Shown here: in pieces, positions 37,347 to 47,540 of the stretch
Numbering within the stretch: the stretch's first letter is position 1
Layout of the letters: every line of letters begins with the position of its first letter
Origin: an uncultured Chloroflexia bacterium
GTDB taxonomy: Bacteria; Chloroflexota; Limnocylindria; QHBO01
Assembly (NCBI GenBank): GCA_963828485.1
Contig: CAWHEV010000006.1
Location: 197,842-261,841, forward strand
Direction: 5' to 3'
DNA length: 64,000 bases
The notes under the pieces: generated by a model
What the model saw: the letters and a program-made list of their open reading frames with translations, nothing else
Databases searched by the model: none
Told to the model about the DNA's origin: nothing
Program-made: the position numbers and the translations under genes

Positions 37347-39323
37347 TCAGTCCTCGCCGCTTCCCGACTGGTCGCGGATCGTGTTCACCACGCCCGCATC
37401 GGCCAGGGTGGTCACGTCGCCCAGGTCGCGTTGCTCGGCGATGTCGCGCAGCAGGCGGCGCATGATCTTGCCGGATCGCGTCTTCGGCAGGTCCGGGGTG
37501 AACAGGATCTGCTTCGGACGCGCGAACTTGCCGATCATCTCCGCGACGTGCTCTCGCAGCTCGCCGGCGAGCTGATCCGACGGCTCGTGGCCGGACCGCA
37601 GAATGACGTAGCTGAAGATCGCCTGCCCGGTCAGCGGATCGGTGCGCCCGACGACGGCCGCCTCGGCGACCGCGGGGTGGGAGACGAGCGCCGACTCGAC
37701 TTCGGCGGTGCTGATGCGGTGCCCGGACACGTTCATGACGTCGTCGACGCGACCGAGCAGCCAGTAGTAGCCCTCGTCGTCCCGCTTGCAGCCGTCACCG
37801 GGGAAGTAGCGGCCGGGATAGCGCGACCAGTAGGTCTCCTCGTAGCGCTCCGGGTCCCCGTAGATCCCGCGCAGCATCGCCGGCCACGGGCGCTCCAATA
37901 CGAGGTAGCCGCCTCTTCCGAACGGCACCGAGGCACCAGACTCGTCGACGACGTCGGCCACGACCCCCGGGAACGGGAAGGTGGCGCTGCCCGGCTTGAG
38001 CGTCGTGATCCCCGGCAGCGGAGCGATCATGATCATGCCGGTCTCGGTCTGCCACCACGTGTCGACGACCGGGCACCGCTCGCCGCCAATGTATTTCCAG
38101 TACCAGGCCCACGCCTCGGGATTGATCGGCTCGCCGACGCTCCCGAGCAGGCGCAGGGACGTGAGGTCGTCGCGTTCGAACTCCTCGGCGCCGTACTTCA
38201 TGAGGGCGCGGATGGCGGTCGGGGCGGTGTACAGGATGGTGGCCTTGTACTTCGCCGCGACCTGGGCCCAGCGATCCTTGTCGGGGAAGTCGATCGCTCC
38301 CTCGTAAATGATCCCGGTCGCGGCGTTCGCCAGCGGCCCGTACACGATGTACGAGTGCCCGGTCACCCAGCCGATGTCGGCCATGCACCAGTAGACGTCT
38401 GACTCCGGCCTGAGGTCGAAGATGTACCGATGCGTGGTGGCCACCCCGGCGAGGTAGCCGCCGGTGGTGTGCATGATCCCCTTCGGCTTGGCGGTCGTGC
38501 CGGAGGTGTAGAGCAGGTACAGCAGGTCCTCGGCGTCCATGGGCTCCGGATCGGCCGTCGTCGGCTGCCCGTCGACCAGGTCGTGGTACCAGCGGTCCCG
38601 CGACTCGTCCCAGGCGACCTCGTCGCCGGTGCGGCGCACGACGACGCAATGGCGCACTGACGAGGTCCGGCCGATCGCCTCGTCGGCGTTCTCCTTGAGC
38701 GGCACGGTCGCGCCCTTGCGGTAGCCGCCGTCGGCGGTGATGACCACGCTGCAGCTGGCGTCCTCGATGCGCCCGGCGAGGGCATCGGCGCTGAAGCCGC
38801 CAAAGACGACCGAGTGAGGCGCCCCGATCCGGGCGCACGCGAGCATGGCGACGGGCAGCTCGGGGATCATCGGCATGTAGATCGCCACCCGGTCGCCCTT
38901 CTTGACGCCGAGGCCGCGGAGGGCGTTCGTGAAGCGGCACACCTCGTCGAGCAGCTCGGCGTAGGTGATCGTGCGCGTGTCGCCGGGCTCGCCCTCCCAG
39001 TGGTAGGCGACCCGGTCGCCGAGGCCCGCGGCGACGTGGCGGTCGAGGCAGTTGGCGCTGACGTTGAGCTTGCCGCCGATGAACCACTTCGTGTACGGCG
39101 GCTCCCAGGTGTAGAGGTCCGTCCACGGCTCGATCCAGTCGAGCCGGTTCCCCTCCTCGGTCCAGAAGGCGCGGAACCCCTCTTCGCCCGCGGTCCGCTC
39201 GAGCACGCCGGGGTCGTTCAGGAGGGCGTTCTCCACGAACCCCTTGGGCGGCGGAAAGGTCCGATCCTCGCGCAGGAGGTTCTCGATCGCATCGGTGCCG
39301 GCGGCTCGCTCTTCGGTGGTCAT
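37347..39323 (-). CDS. acs: Acetyl-CoA synthetase
   Basis: [46 protein letters not shown]. Confidence 0.97.
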   Translation of the reverse strand: MTTEERAAGTDAIENLLREDRTFPPPKGFVENALLNDPGVLERTAGEEGFRAFWTEEGNRLDWIEPWTDLYTWEPPYTKWFIGGKLNVSANCLDRHVAAGLGDRVAYHWEGEPGDTRTITYAELLDEVCRFTNALRGLGVKKGDRVAIYMPMIPELPVAMLACARIGAPHSVVFGGFSADALAGRIEDASCSVVITADGGYRKGATVPLKENADEAIGRTSSVRHCVVVRRTGDEVAWDESRDRWYHDLVDGQPTTADPEPMDAEDLLYLLYTSGTTAKPKGIMHTTGGYLAGVATTHRYIFDLRPESDVYWCMADIGWVTGHSYIVYGPLANAATGIIYEGAIDFPDKDRWAQVAAKYKATILYTAPTAIRALMKYGAEEFERDDLTSLRLLGSVGEPINPEAWAWYWKYIGGERCPVVDTWWQTETGMIMIAPLPGITTLKPGSATFPFPGVVADVVDESGASVPFGRGGYLVLERPWPAMLRGIYGDPERYEETYWSRYPGRYFPGDGCKRDDEGYYWLLGRVDDVMNVSGHRISTAEVESALVSHPAVAEAAVVGRTDPLTGQAIFSYVILRSGHEPSDQLAGELREHVAEMIGKFARPKQILFTPDLPKTRSGKIMRRLLRDIAEQRDLGDVTTLADAGVVNTIRDQSGSGED

Positions 39324-39409
39324 GCGCTCGATTCTAGCCCTGCCCTCCCTCCGGCAGCCGTCTTGCAGGGTGCGGAAGCGGCCCGAGCTTGGAAGGAGGA
39401 TTGTTCCCG

Positions 39410-40912
39410 ATGGCGACCACCTCGCAGTCGTTCGAGGCCCAGAGCCGGACGTACGACTACAAGATCCCCTTCGTGATCGGCGCATCCGCGATCGGCACGG
39501 TCATCGAGTGGTACGACTTCTACCTCTACGCCGTGCTCGCGACGTTCCTGGCGCCTATCTTCTTCCCCGGTGATCCGACGGCCCAGGTGCTCAGCGCGCT
39601 CGCCACCTTCGGCGCCGGGTTCGCCGTGCGGCCCTTCGGCGCGATCGTGTTCGGCCGTATCGGCGACAAGACCGGCCGAAAGGTGGCGTTCCTGCTCACC
39701 GTCGCGATCATGGGCGGCGCCACGGTGCTCGTCGGCCTGCTTCCGGGCTACGCGCAGATCGGCATCCTCGCGCCGATCATCCTCGTCACCCTCCGCATGC
39801 TCCAGGGCCTGGCGCTCGGCGGCGAGTACGGCGGGGCCGCGATCTATGTCGCGGAGCACGCGCCGGATCGCAAGCGCGGCCAGTACACCTCGTGGATCCA
39901 GACGACCGCCACGGTTGGGCTCTTCCTTGCCCTCGCGGTGATCCTCTTCTTCCGCCTCGTTCTCGGTGACGAGACCTTCGCCGCGTGGGGCTGGCGCATC
40001 CCGTTCCTGCTCTCCGCGGTTCTCGTTGTCGGCGCGCTCTACATTCGCCTGCGACTCCAGGAGACGCCGCTCTTCACGCGCGCCAAGGAGCAGGGCAAGA
40101 CATCCGAGTCCCCACTCAAGGACAGCCTCGGGAATCGCCGCAACTGGGGCCTCATCCTCCTCGCCCTGTTCGGCATGACCGCCGGCCAGGCGGTGGTGTG
40201 GTACACGGGCCAGTTCTACGCGCTCTCGTTCATGTCCGGCCCGCTCGGCGTGGGCTTCGTTGACGCCTATACGGTCATGCTGATCGCGATCGCGCTGGCC
40301 ACGCCGTTCTTCATCTTCTTCGGTTGGCTCTCCGACCGGATCGGCCGCAAGCCGATCATCCTCGGCGGTTGCCTGCTGGCCGCGATCGCCTACTTCCCCA
40401 TCTTCAACGCGATGCAGGGGTTCGCGAACCCGATCGCCGAGACCGATCCGGCGACGCCGGCAACGATGGTCGCCCAGGACCCGAACCTCTTCGGCCTGAC
40501 GGCCATGGTCTTCATCATGATCGTGCTCGTCACGATGGTGTACGGGCCGATCGCCGCCTTCCTGGTCGAGTTCTTCCCGACCAAGGTGCGGTACACGTCG
40601 CTGTCGCTGCCGTACCACCTCGGGAACGGTGAGTTCGGCGGCTGGCTGCCGTTCATCGCCACGGCCATGGTCGCATCGGCCACCGCCGGCGGGATGTTCG
40701 CGGGATTGGCCTCCGTCACGCCGGGAGGTGCCGCGTTCGTCGGCCTGTGGTACCCGATCGCCGTGGCGCTGATGTCGCTCGTCATCGGCGGCCTCTGGAT
40801 CCGGGAGACCAAGAACGTCCGGATCTGGGATGAAGTCGGCGGCCACCACGACGAGAAGGAGCCGGCGACCGAGCGCAAGGACGCGCCGGCGGGCGGCGCC
40901 CTCGCTCGCTGA
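39410..40912 (+). CDS. MFS metabolite:H+ symporter (MHS family), divergent from acs
   Basis: [39 protein letters not shown]. Confidence 0.92.
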   Translation: MATTSQSFEAQSRTYDYKIPFVIGASAIGTVIEWYDFYLYAVLATFLAPIFFPGDPTAQVLSALATFGAGFAVRPFGAIVFGRIGDKTGRKVAFLLTVAIMGGATVLVGLLPGYAQIGILAPIILVTLRMLQGLALGGEYGGAAIYVAEHAPDRKRGQYTSWIQTTATVGLFLALAVILFFRLVLGDETFAAWGWRIPFLLSAVLVVGALYIRLRLQETPLFTRAKEQGKTSESPLKDSLGNRRNWGLILLALFGMTAGQAVVWYTGQFYALSFMSGPLGVGFVDAYTVMLIAIALATPFFIFFGWLSDRIGRKPIILGGCLLAAIAYFPIFNAMQGFANPIAETDPATPATMVAQDPNLFGLTAMVFIMIVLVTMVYGPIAAFLVEFFPTKVRYTSLSLPYHLGNGEFGGWLPFIATAMVASATAGGMFAGLASVTPGGAAFVGLWYPIAVALMSLVIGGLWIRETKNVRIWDEVGGHHDEKEPATERKDAPAGGALAR

Positions 40913-40924
40913 CCCAGCACGTCG

Positions 40925-40957
40925 GAGCGGGCGATGGCGAGCGCCGTCGCCCGCTTT
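40925..40957 (+). terminator. Intrinsic terminator
   Basis: agcgggcgatggcg-ag-cgccgtcgcccgct followed by ttcgt. Confidence 0.6.
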
Positions 40958-40989
40958 CGTGTGTCTGGCGCTAGCATCGGTCACCGATC

Positions 40990-41577
40990 GTGACCGACCT
41001 AGCCGCGGTAGCTGTCGCCTTCGGCGTCGTGTTCGTCGCCGAGTTCGGCGACAAGAGCCAGCTCCTGATCCTCGCCTTCGCGACGCGCTACCCGTGGCGG
41101 CCCGTCGTCGCCGGGCTCGTCATCGCCGCAGCCGTGATCCAGGGCATCAGCGTGGCGATCGGTGCCGTCGCCGGAGCGGCTCTGCCGGAGACCGCCGTCG
41201 GCATCGTGGCCGGCGTCGCGTTCCTGGTGGTCGCGCTCTGGACGCTGCGGGGCGGAGACGAGGACGATGGCGCGACGGCGGAGGCCGGTCGCCGGTCCGG
41301 CGCTGCCCTCGTCGCTGCGGTGGCCGGCACCTTCATTCTGGCGGAGCTGGGCGACAAGACGATGCTCGCGACCTTCGCCCTTGCCGCCAGCCAGGGACCG
41401 ATCCCGACCTGGATCGGCTCGACGCTGGGCGAGGTGGCCGCGAACCTCGTCGCGGTGGCGGTGGGCCACCAGGTCGGCACGCGCCTCTCGCCGCGCATGG
41501 TGCGCATCGGCTCCTCGGTCCTGTTTGCCATCGCCGGGATCGTGGTCCTCGTCGGCACGCTCACCGGGTCCGGCTGA
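40990..41577 (+). CDS. TMEM165/GDT1 (UPF0016) cation transporter
   Basis: Two signature motifs, EFGDKS and ELGDKT. Confidence 0.92.
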   Translation: MTDLAAVAVAFGVVFVAEFGDKSQLLILAFATRYPWRPVVAGLVIAAAVIQGISVAIGAVAGAALPETAVGIVAGVAFLVVALWTLRGGDEDDGATAEAGRRSGAALVAAVAGTFILAELGDKTMLATFALAASQGPIPTWIGSTLGEVAANLVAVAVGHQVGTRLSPRMVRIGSSVLFAIAGIVVLVGTLTGSG

Positions 41578-41751
41578 GGGCCGTAGGGGCGTCGCGGTTA
41601 CCCGTCTCGGTACCCATCGGAGACCGGGCGCCGCTCCGACGACGGACAGTTGCCGGGGCCGGTAATTCCACGGCCGATTTCGAGTCGAATCGTCCTCAGC
41701 CTCTCCGTTGGTCATCCGCGTCGGTAACGCGACCGCGTGCCCGCACTGGCT

Positions 41752-42969
41752 TCACGCTTCCGCTCGGCTTGGCGCCGATTCGCGTATCGCCAGGAGCATG
41801 ATCGCGGCGATCACGTAGGACCCCGCCATCACGCCGAACGCGACCGGGAAGCCGAAGGCCTCGACCACCGAGCCGATGACGAAGGCCCAGAAGGCGCCGA
41901 TCCCGAAGGCGAACGTGAAGTACACGGCAAAGGCCACGTCGCGCATCGGTCCGGTCGCGCGGTCGGCGAGGTAGGCCTGGAGCACGGGCGACTCGCTGAA
42001 GACCGCGGTGCCGAACGGCAGGAGCAGCGGCACGAGCAGGAGCAGGTTGGCGCCGGCGGCCATGAAGGCGACGATGCCGACCGCCGAGAGCAGGTAGTAA
42101 GCGACGAGGACCGGCTTGCGTCCGAAGCGATCCGACAGGACGCCGGCCAGGATCGGTCCGATCACCGCACCGGCCAGGAGCAGCGCATACAGCAGGTTGA
42201 CCGTTCCCGGATCGAAGCCGAGCGGACCGGAGAGGTAGAGCACCATGAACGGGGCCACGATGTCGAGCCCTCGTCCGCCCGCGGCAACGAGCGAGGCGCC
42301 CAGGATGAGCCGGAGATCGCGGCGCCCGAGCACGGCGCGGAGGTGGTCACGCACCGAGCCCGAGGCACGTGCCCGTCGACGGTAGCCCGCATCCTCGTGG
42401 ACGAGAAGGGCGATGAGCACGCCCATGACCAGCGCCGGGATGCCGAACAGCGCCAGCGTCGCCTGCCAGCCCACGGCGAGGAGCAGCGCCCCGCCCACGA
42501 TCGGCACGAGGACGGTGCCGACGTTCCCGCCGGCGATGTGGACGCTGATGGCGAACCCGCGACGCTCCTGGGGATAGCGGTCGGAGAGCACGGCATTGCC
42601 GACCGGATGCTGCGGGCTGGCGCCGATCCGCGAGATGCTGATGGCGCCGAGCAGCTGCTGGATCGACGAGGTCAGGCCGCTGAGGAGCAGGCCAGTCCCA
42701 AAGATCAGCTGGCCTCCGGCGAGCAACGCTGGTCGAGCGATGTACCGCGTCAGGAAGCCATACGAAAGCTGCATCGCGCCGCCGACGGCGGTGGTGATGG
42801 CGATGAAGACGCCGATATCACGCTCGGACAGCCCGAACTCGACGATGACGATGGCGTAGACCAGCGGCATGAGCGCCGACTGGGCATGGATCACGGCGTG
42901 CGCCGTCGAGATCAGCGCGAGCGTCAGCCCGGGCCGGGTCGGGCTGGTACGATCGGTCGTGATGTCCAC
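41752..42969 (-). CDS. MFS transporter (FSR-like)
   Basis: AHAVIH, QHPVG, GVLSDRFGRK; GAGGAG RBS before GTG at 42969. Confidence 0.88.
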   Translation of the reverse strand: MDITTDRTSPTRPGLTLALISTAHAVIHAQSALMPLVYAIVIVEFGLSERDIGVFIAITTAVGGAMQLSYGFLTRYIARPALLAGGQLIFGTGLLLSGLTSSIQQLLGAISISRIGASPQHPVGNAVLSDRYPQERRGFAISVHIAGGNVGTVLVPIVGGALLLAVGWQATLALFGIPALVMGVLIALLVHEDAGYRRRARASGSVRDHLRAVLGRRDLRLILGASLVAAGGRGLDIVAPFMVLYLSGPLGFDPGTVNLLYALLLAGAVIGPILAGVLSDRFGRKPVLVAYYLLSAVGIVAFMAAGANLLLLVPLLLPFGTAVFSESPVLQAYLADRATGPMRDVAFAVYFTFAFGIGAFWAFVIGSVVEAFGFPVAFGVMAGSYVIAAIMLLAIRESAPSRAEA

Positions 42970-43456
42970 CTCAGCCACTCCTCGGCGCTCCGAGCCGACC
43001 ACGGAGAGGGCGGGGGCAGCAAGCCTCGAGGCGAGCCTGATCGCCACCGTCGCGCCGGTCATGCGGCACCTGGTCGCGCATGCCCGCCGCCGTCGCGCCT
43101 GGAGCGAGCTCACTTACCAGCAGTACAACGTGCTGCGGATGATCGACACCATGGGTCCGCAGCCCCAGGCCGAGGTCGCCCGCCGGCTGATGGTCACCGC
43201 GCCGGTGGTCACGCGCCTGGCCGCGACGCTTGCCGATGCAGGGCTGGTCGAGCGACGCCCGGACGCGAGCGATCGACGCGCCGTGCTGCTGGCGCTGACG
43301 GCGAAGGGGAGACGCCGAGCGCGGGCGATGCGGCGCGACCTCCTCGAGGCCGCACACGACCTGCTCGAGCCGATCCCGGCTTCCCGGCGCCGCGCCGTGG
43401 CGCGAGCCCTCGACGAGCTCCAGGTCCTCGTCCCGGAGCATTCAGCGCGCCGCTGA
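42962..43456 (+). CDS. MarR family regulator (start uncertain)
   Basis: LTYQQYNVL, VTRL..L..AGLVERRPDASDRRA..L.LT.KGR. Confidence 0.9.
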   Translation: MSTSATPRRSEPTTERAGAASLEASLIATVAPVMRHLVAHARRRRAWSELTYQQYNVLRMIDTMGPQPQAEVARRLMVTAPVVTRLAATLADAGLVERRPDASDRRAVLLALTAKGRRRARAMRRDLLEAAHDLLEPIPASRRRAVARALDELQVLVPEHSARR

Positions 43457-44839
43457 GGTGCTCGGTGCCTCGCGCACCTGTCGCGGAACAGGCGCACGGC
43501 CTGAGGTGTCGAGGAGCGTGATGCCGAGCGGTCCCCGGCTCGCGGCCCGCCGAAGGCCGAGGGCCACGACCGCGACGGTCACCGCCGAGAGGAGGGCGCC
43601 GGCGAGGAAGGCGGCCGGCGTGCCCCAGGCCTGGGCCACGGCACCGGCGAAGAGTCCGCCGATCGGGGCCGACCCCGCGAAGACGGTGACGTAGAAGCTC
43701 ATGACCCGGCCCCGCAGCTGGTCCGTCACGTTGGCCTGCACGGTGGCGTTGATCGTGTTGATCATGAGCATCGAGGCGAAGCCGGCGGCGAGGATCAGGG
43801 CCGCGGCGATGAGCAGCTCGCGCGACGAGGCGATCGCGACGAGCAGGATCGAGAAGACCGTCCCGCCGCCCAACATGATCGGGATGGCGCGCCGGTGGCG
43901 CATGTAGGCGAGTGTCAGCGAGCCGCTGAACGAGCCGACGCCCATGGCCGCGTAGAGCGCGCCGTATCCCTCGGCACCGAGGTCGAGCACCTCCCGGGCG
44001 AAGAGCGGCAGGAGGATCTGGAAGTTGAAGCCGAACGCGGCGATCCCTCCCAGCAGGACCAGGCACCACAGCACCAGCGGCGTGCGGACCGCGTACCGGA
44101 ACCCCTCGGCCAGGCTGTGGAGGACCGGCGGGTGCTGCTCGGGGCGTTCGATCCGGCGGATCCGCCCCGGGTTCATGAGCAGCAGGGCGACGAGCACGCC
44201 GGAGTAGGTCAACGTGTTGATGCCCAGGTTCACCGCCACACCGGAGGTGGCCGAGCCGGTCGCCGCGGTCCCGGCCGCGATGATCACGCCCGCCAGGGCG
44301 GGGCCGACCACGCGCGCCGAGTTGAAGGCCATCGAATTGAGCGCGATCGCGTTGGCCAGCAGGCGGCGCGGCACGAGATCGGCGGCGAACGCCTGCCGGG
44401 CCGGCATATCGACCGCGTTGACGAGGCCGAGCCAGAGCGCCATGACGAACACCATCGGGATCTCGACGACGCCCGTCGCGGTCAGGATGAAGAGGACGAA
44501 CGCCTGGCCGGCGGCGGCCGTCTGGCTCACGATCAGCACGCGCCGCTTGTCGATCCTGTCGGCGAAGACGCCGCCGAACGGCGCCAGCAGCATGGCCGGG
44601 CCGAACTGGAGGACCGAGACGAGCCCGAGCTGGATCGGCGTGCCGCCGAGCGCCAGCACGAGCCACGGGAGGCTGACCTGCTGCATCCACGTCCCGATCA
44701 GGCTCACGACCTGGCCGCCCCAGTACAGCCGGTAGTTGCGCACGCCAAGCGCCTCGAACCCGCGGCGCAGCGCGATCAACCGGCCAGCGGGAGCCGGTGG
44801 TGGCTCGACGGGTGGTTCGATCGGGTTCGGGAGGCTCAC
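43442..44839 (-). CDS. MFS transporter (MFS_3)
   Basis: NYRLYWGGQVVSLIGTWMQ, DMPARQAF, NAIALNS. Confidence 0.92.
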   Translation of the reverse strand: MSLPNPIEPPVEPPPAPAGRLIALRRGFEALGVRNYRLYWGGQVVSLIGTWMQQVSLPWLVLALGGTPIQLGLVSVLQFGPAMLLAPFGGVFADRIDKRRVLIVSQTAAAGQAFVLFILTATGVVEIPMVFVMALWLGLVNAVDMPARQAFAADLVPRRLLANAIALNSMAFNSARVVGPALAGVIIAAGTAATGSATSGVAVNLGINTLTYSGVLVALLLMNPGRIRRIERPEQHPPVLHSLAEGFRYAVRTPLVLWCLVLLGGIAAFGFNFQILLPLFAREVLDLGAEGYGALYAAMGVGSFSGSLTLAYMRHRRAIPIMLGGGTVFSILLVAIASSRELLIAAALILAAGFASMLMINTINATVQANVTDQLRGRVMSFYVTVFAGSAPIGGLFAGAVAQAWGTPAAFLAGALLSAVTVAVVALGLRRAASRGPLGITLLDTSGRAPVPRQVREAPSTSAAR

Positions 44840-44891
44840 GCATCCACGTCCTGCAGGTCGTTGCCCATGCTAACCACCGGCCGACGGAGCG

Positions 44892-46262
44892 TCACCCCGC
44901 GCTGACGATCCTGCCCTGGGGCGTGCGGTGCAGCGAGGGTTCGCTTGCCGATGTCGTGCTCGCCCGCAGGCGCCACGCCACCAGCGCGAGCACCACCGAG
45001 CCCAGGGCCGCGCCGACGCTGATGGCGACGGCGGCTCCAAAGGCCTCGGCGAGCGCCCCGGCGAAGAGCCCGCCGATCGGGGCCGTGCCTGCGAAGACCG
45101 TGACGTAGAGCGCCATCACGCGCCCGCGCAGGGCATCGGGAACGGCGTTCTGAATCGTGACGTTGATGGTGTTCACCATGAGCATCGAGGCCAGGCCGAT
45201 ACCGATCACCAGCGCGAACGCCGGAACGGGGCCCCGGACGAAGCCGAGAACGAACGCCAGCGCCAGGAACGCCGCTCCGCCACCGATCATCAGTCGCCCT
45301 CGCGGGCGTCGATGGGCGGCGAACGCGAGCGTGAGCGAGCCGGCGAGCGCTCCGACGCCCATGGCGGCGTAGATCGCGCCGTAGCCACCCGAGTCGAGGC
45401 CCAGCGTGTCCCGGGTGAACAGCGGCAGCAGGGTCTGGAAGTTCATGGCCAGGGCGGCGGTGCCGCCGAGCAGCACGAGGGGCCACAGGACGGTCGGGGT
45501 CGACCGCGCGTAGCGGATCCCTTCGACCAGGCTGGTCCGGATCGAGGGGAAGACGCTCGGCCTCGGGGCCGCATGCAGCTTGGCGGAGTCGATCCACAGC
45601 AGCCCGGCGAGCACCGACAGGTAGCTCAGAGCGTTGATGCCGAAGTTGAGCGACACGCCGAATGTGGCGATCGTCACGCCGGCGATGGCCGGGCCGATGA
45701 CGCGCGAGAGGTTGAACGAGCTGGAGCTCAACGCGATGGCGTTGACGAGGTCCTCGCGCGGCACGAGCTCGGCCACGAACGACTGCCGGACCGGCATCTC
45801 GACGGCGCTGACGACGCCGGCGACGAGAGCGAGCGCGAAGACGTGCCAGATCTCGATCGTCCCGGTGAAGGCGAGCGCGAAGAGCGTCGACGCCTGGAGC
45901 ATCGCGACGCCGTTGGCCAGCAGCAGCGTGCGCCGCTTGTCGAGCCGGTCGGCGAGCACGCCGCCGAGCGGGGCGATGACCATCGACGGGCCGAACAGGA
46001 AGGCCATGACCATGCCGAGCTGGAGCGGCGAGCCGCCGAGCTGGAGCACCAGCCACGGCAGCGCGACGGCCTGCATCCATGTCCCGACCAGGCTTCCGAT
46101 CTGACCGAACCAGAAGCGGCGGTAGTTCGGATGCCGCATGGCGCTGAAGCCGCCCGCGATCCCTCCGGCACGCGCAGGTGCGCCCGACGCAGCGGGGCGT
46201 CGGGCGGAACGACCGAAGTGAGGAACGGCGCCGGCGACAAGGCGCGGCAGGCTGGAGATCAT
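44892..46262 (-). CDS. MFS transporter (MFS_3), tandem paralogue of 43442..44839
   Basis: NYRRFWFGQIGSLVGTWMQ, EMPVRQSF, NAIALSS. Confidence 0.92.
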   Translation of the reverse strand: MISSLPRLVAGAVPHFGRSARRPAASGAPARAGGIAGGFSAMRHPNYRRFWFGQIGSLVGTWMQAVALPWLVLQLGGSPLQLGMVMAFLFGPSMVIAPLGGVLADRLDKRRTLLLANGVAMLQASTLFALAFTGTIEIWHVFALALVAGVVSAVEMPVRQSFVAELVPREDLVNAIALSSSSFNLSRVIGPAIAGVTIATFGVSLNFGINALSYLSVLAGLLWIDSAKLHAAPRPSVFPSIRTSLVEGIRYARSTPTVLWPLVLLGGTAALAMNFQTLLPLFTRDTLGLDSGGYGAIYAAMGVGALAGSLTLAFAAHRRPRGRLMIGGGAAFLALAFVLGFVRGPVPAFALVIGIGLASMLMVNTINVTIQNAVPDALRGRVMALYVTVFAGTAPIGGLFAGALAEAFGAAVAISVGAALGSVVLALVAWRLRASTTSASEPSLHRTPQGRIVSAG

Positions 46263-46268
46263 GGCTTC

Positions 46269-46283
46269 GTTAGCAATGCTAAC
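46269..46283. promoter_or_regulatory. Palindromic operator, probably MarR-type
   Basis: Perfect GTTAGCA-A-TGCTAAC six nt upstream of the MFS ATG. Confidence 0.65.
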
Positions 46284-46354
46284 AAATTTCCGAGCCTCCG
46301 GCAACCGCGGGGGCGTGCAGAATCGCCGGATCCCCGGGTCACCGATCGCGCATC

Positions 46355-47537
46355 ATGGGTGCCACGAGACGAGCTGTTGCACAGGCCCGCGCGATCCCGA
46401 CCAGGGGGCCGCGACGAGGGGCGACCCTCCGGCCCCAGCCTCGTGCCCCCCTCGCAGCCATCTGCCTGACGCTCGCCTTCCTGCTCGCCCCGGATCTCAC
46501 GCTCGCGCCGGCACGCCCCGGCGCCTTCGCATCCGGTCCGCACGAGTCGACCCCGGCGGTCGTCACGTCGGGCATCCCCGGGCTCGACGCGCTCGCGGCA
46601 CCGAGCTTCCCGCCTGCGCTCGACGCGGCACGAACGACGGCGGGAGCGGACCGCGCCACGTTCGCCGTGGCACGTGACGGCCAGGTGCTGTGGACGGGCG
46701 GCAGCGGCGATGCGGCCCCGGCGGAGAGCGCCCTCGTCATCGGCAGCGTGACGAAGACCTTCGTCGCCGCCACCGTGCTCGGGCTGGTGGAGGAGGGTCG
46801 TCTGGGCCTCGACGACACCATCGGCGAGCTGCTTCCGGCGTACCCCGGCGTCCCGGAGTCGATCACCATCCGCCAGCTGCTCGACCACACCAGCGGGCTG
46901 GCCGACGTCTACAACCCGACCACCATCGAGTCGCTGGAGGCCGATGCGGATCGGGTCTGGAAGCCTCGCCGGCTTCTCGGGACGATGGCGCCACCCTGGC
47001 ATCCACCTGGGAGCGGGGTGGTCGTACGCCAACGCGAACTACTGCCTGCTCGGGCTCGTCGTCGAGAGCATTGTGGGGACCACGCTGAAGACCGAGCTTG
47101 AGCGGCGGTTCCTGCGGCCGCTGGACCTCGACGGCACCGACGTGATGACCGCCACCGATCCCGCGCCGCTCACCCCGGCGTGGGCCACGGTCTTCTGGGC
47201 CTCAGGTGCCATGCGCTCATCGGCCGCGGACCTGGCGCGCTGGGGTGATTCCCTCTACGCCGGTGATCTCCTGGGTGAGCCGATGCGGTCTGAGATGCTC
47301 TCGTTCAACGAGCACGGCTACGGGCTCGGGGCGCAGCGCATCACGATCGCTGGCCGGGATGGCATCGGGCATACCGGGCTGCTCGACACGTACACCGCGC
47401 TGCTCGTCCACCTCCCGGACGACGACGTCACGATCGCGCTCCTGGTGGACCGCCCGGATGCCCCGCTGGCCGCGATGCTGACCGCTCGACCCGCTGCTGG
47501 CGGACCCTCGCTGCTGGAGCTGGCGACCGGGTCGTAG
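46355..47537 (+). CDS. Serine hydrolase, beta-lactamase/DD-peptidase fold (frameshift near 47015)
   Basis: SVTK (SxxK), LLDHTSG, YAN (YxN), GHTG. Confidence 0.88.
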
Positions 47538-47540
47538 CTC

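Noticed and set aside
40912-40990. yybP-ykoY Mn riboswitch upstream of the GDT1 gene
   Set aside because: The spacer is short and occupied by a terminator hairpin and a TAGCAT -10; no aptamer consensus seen.
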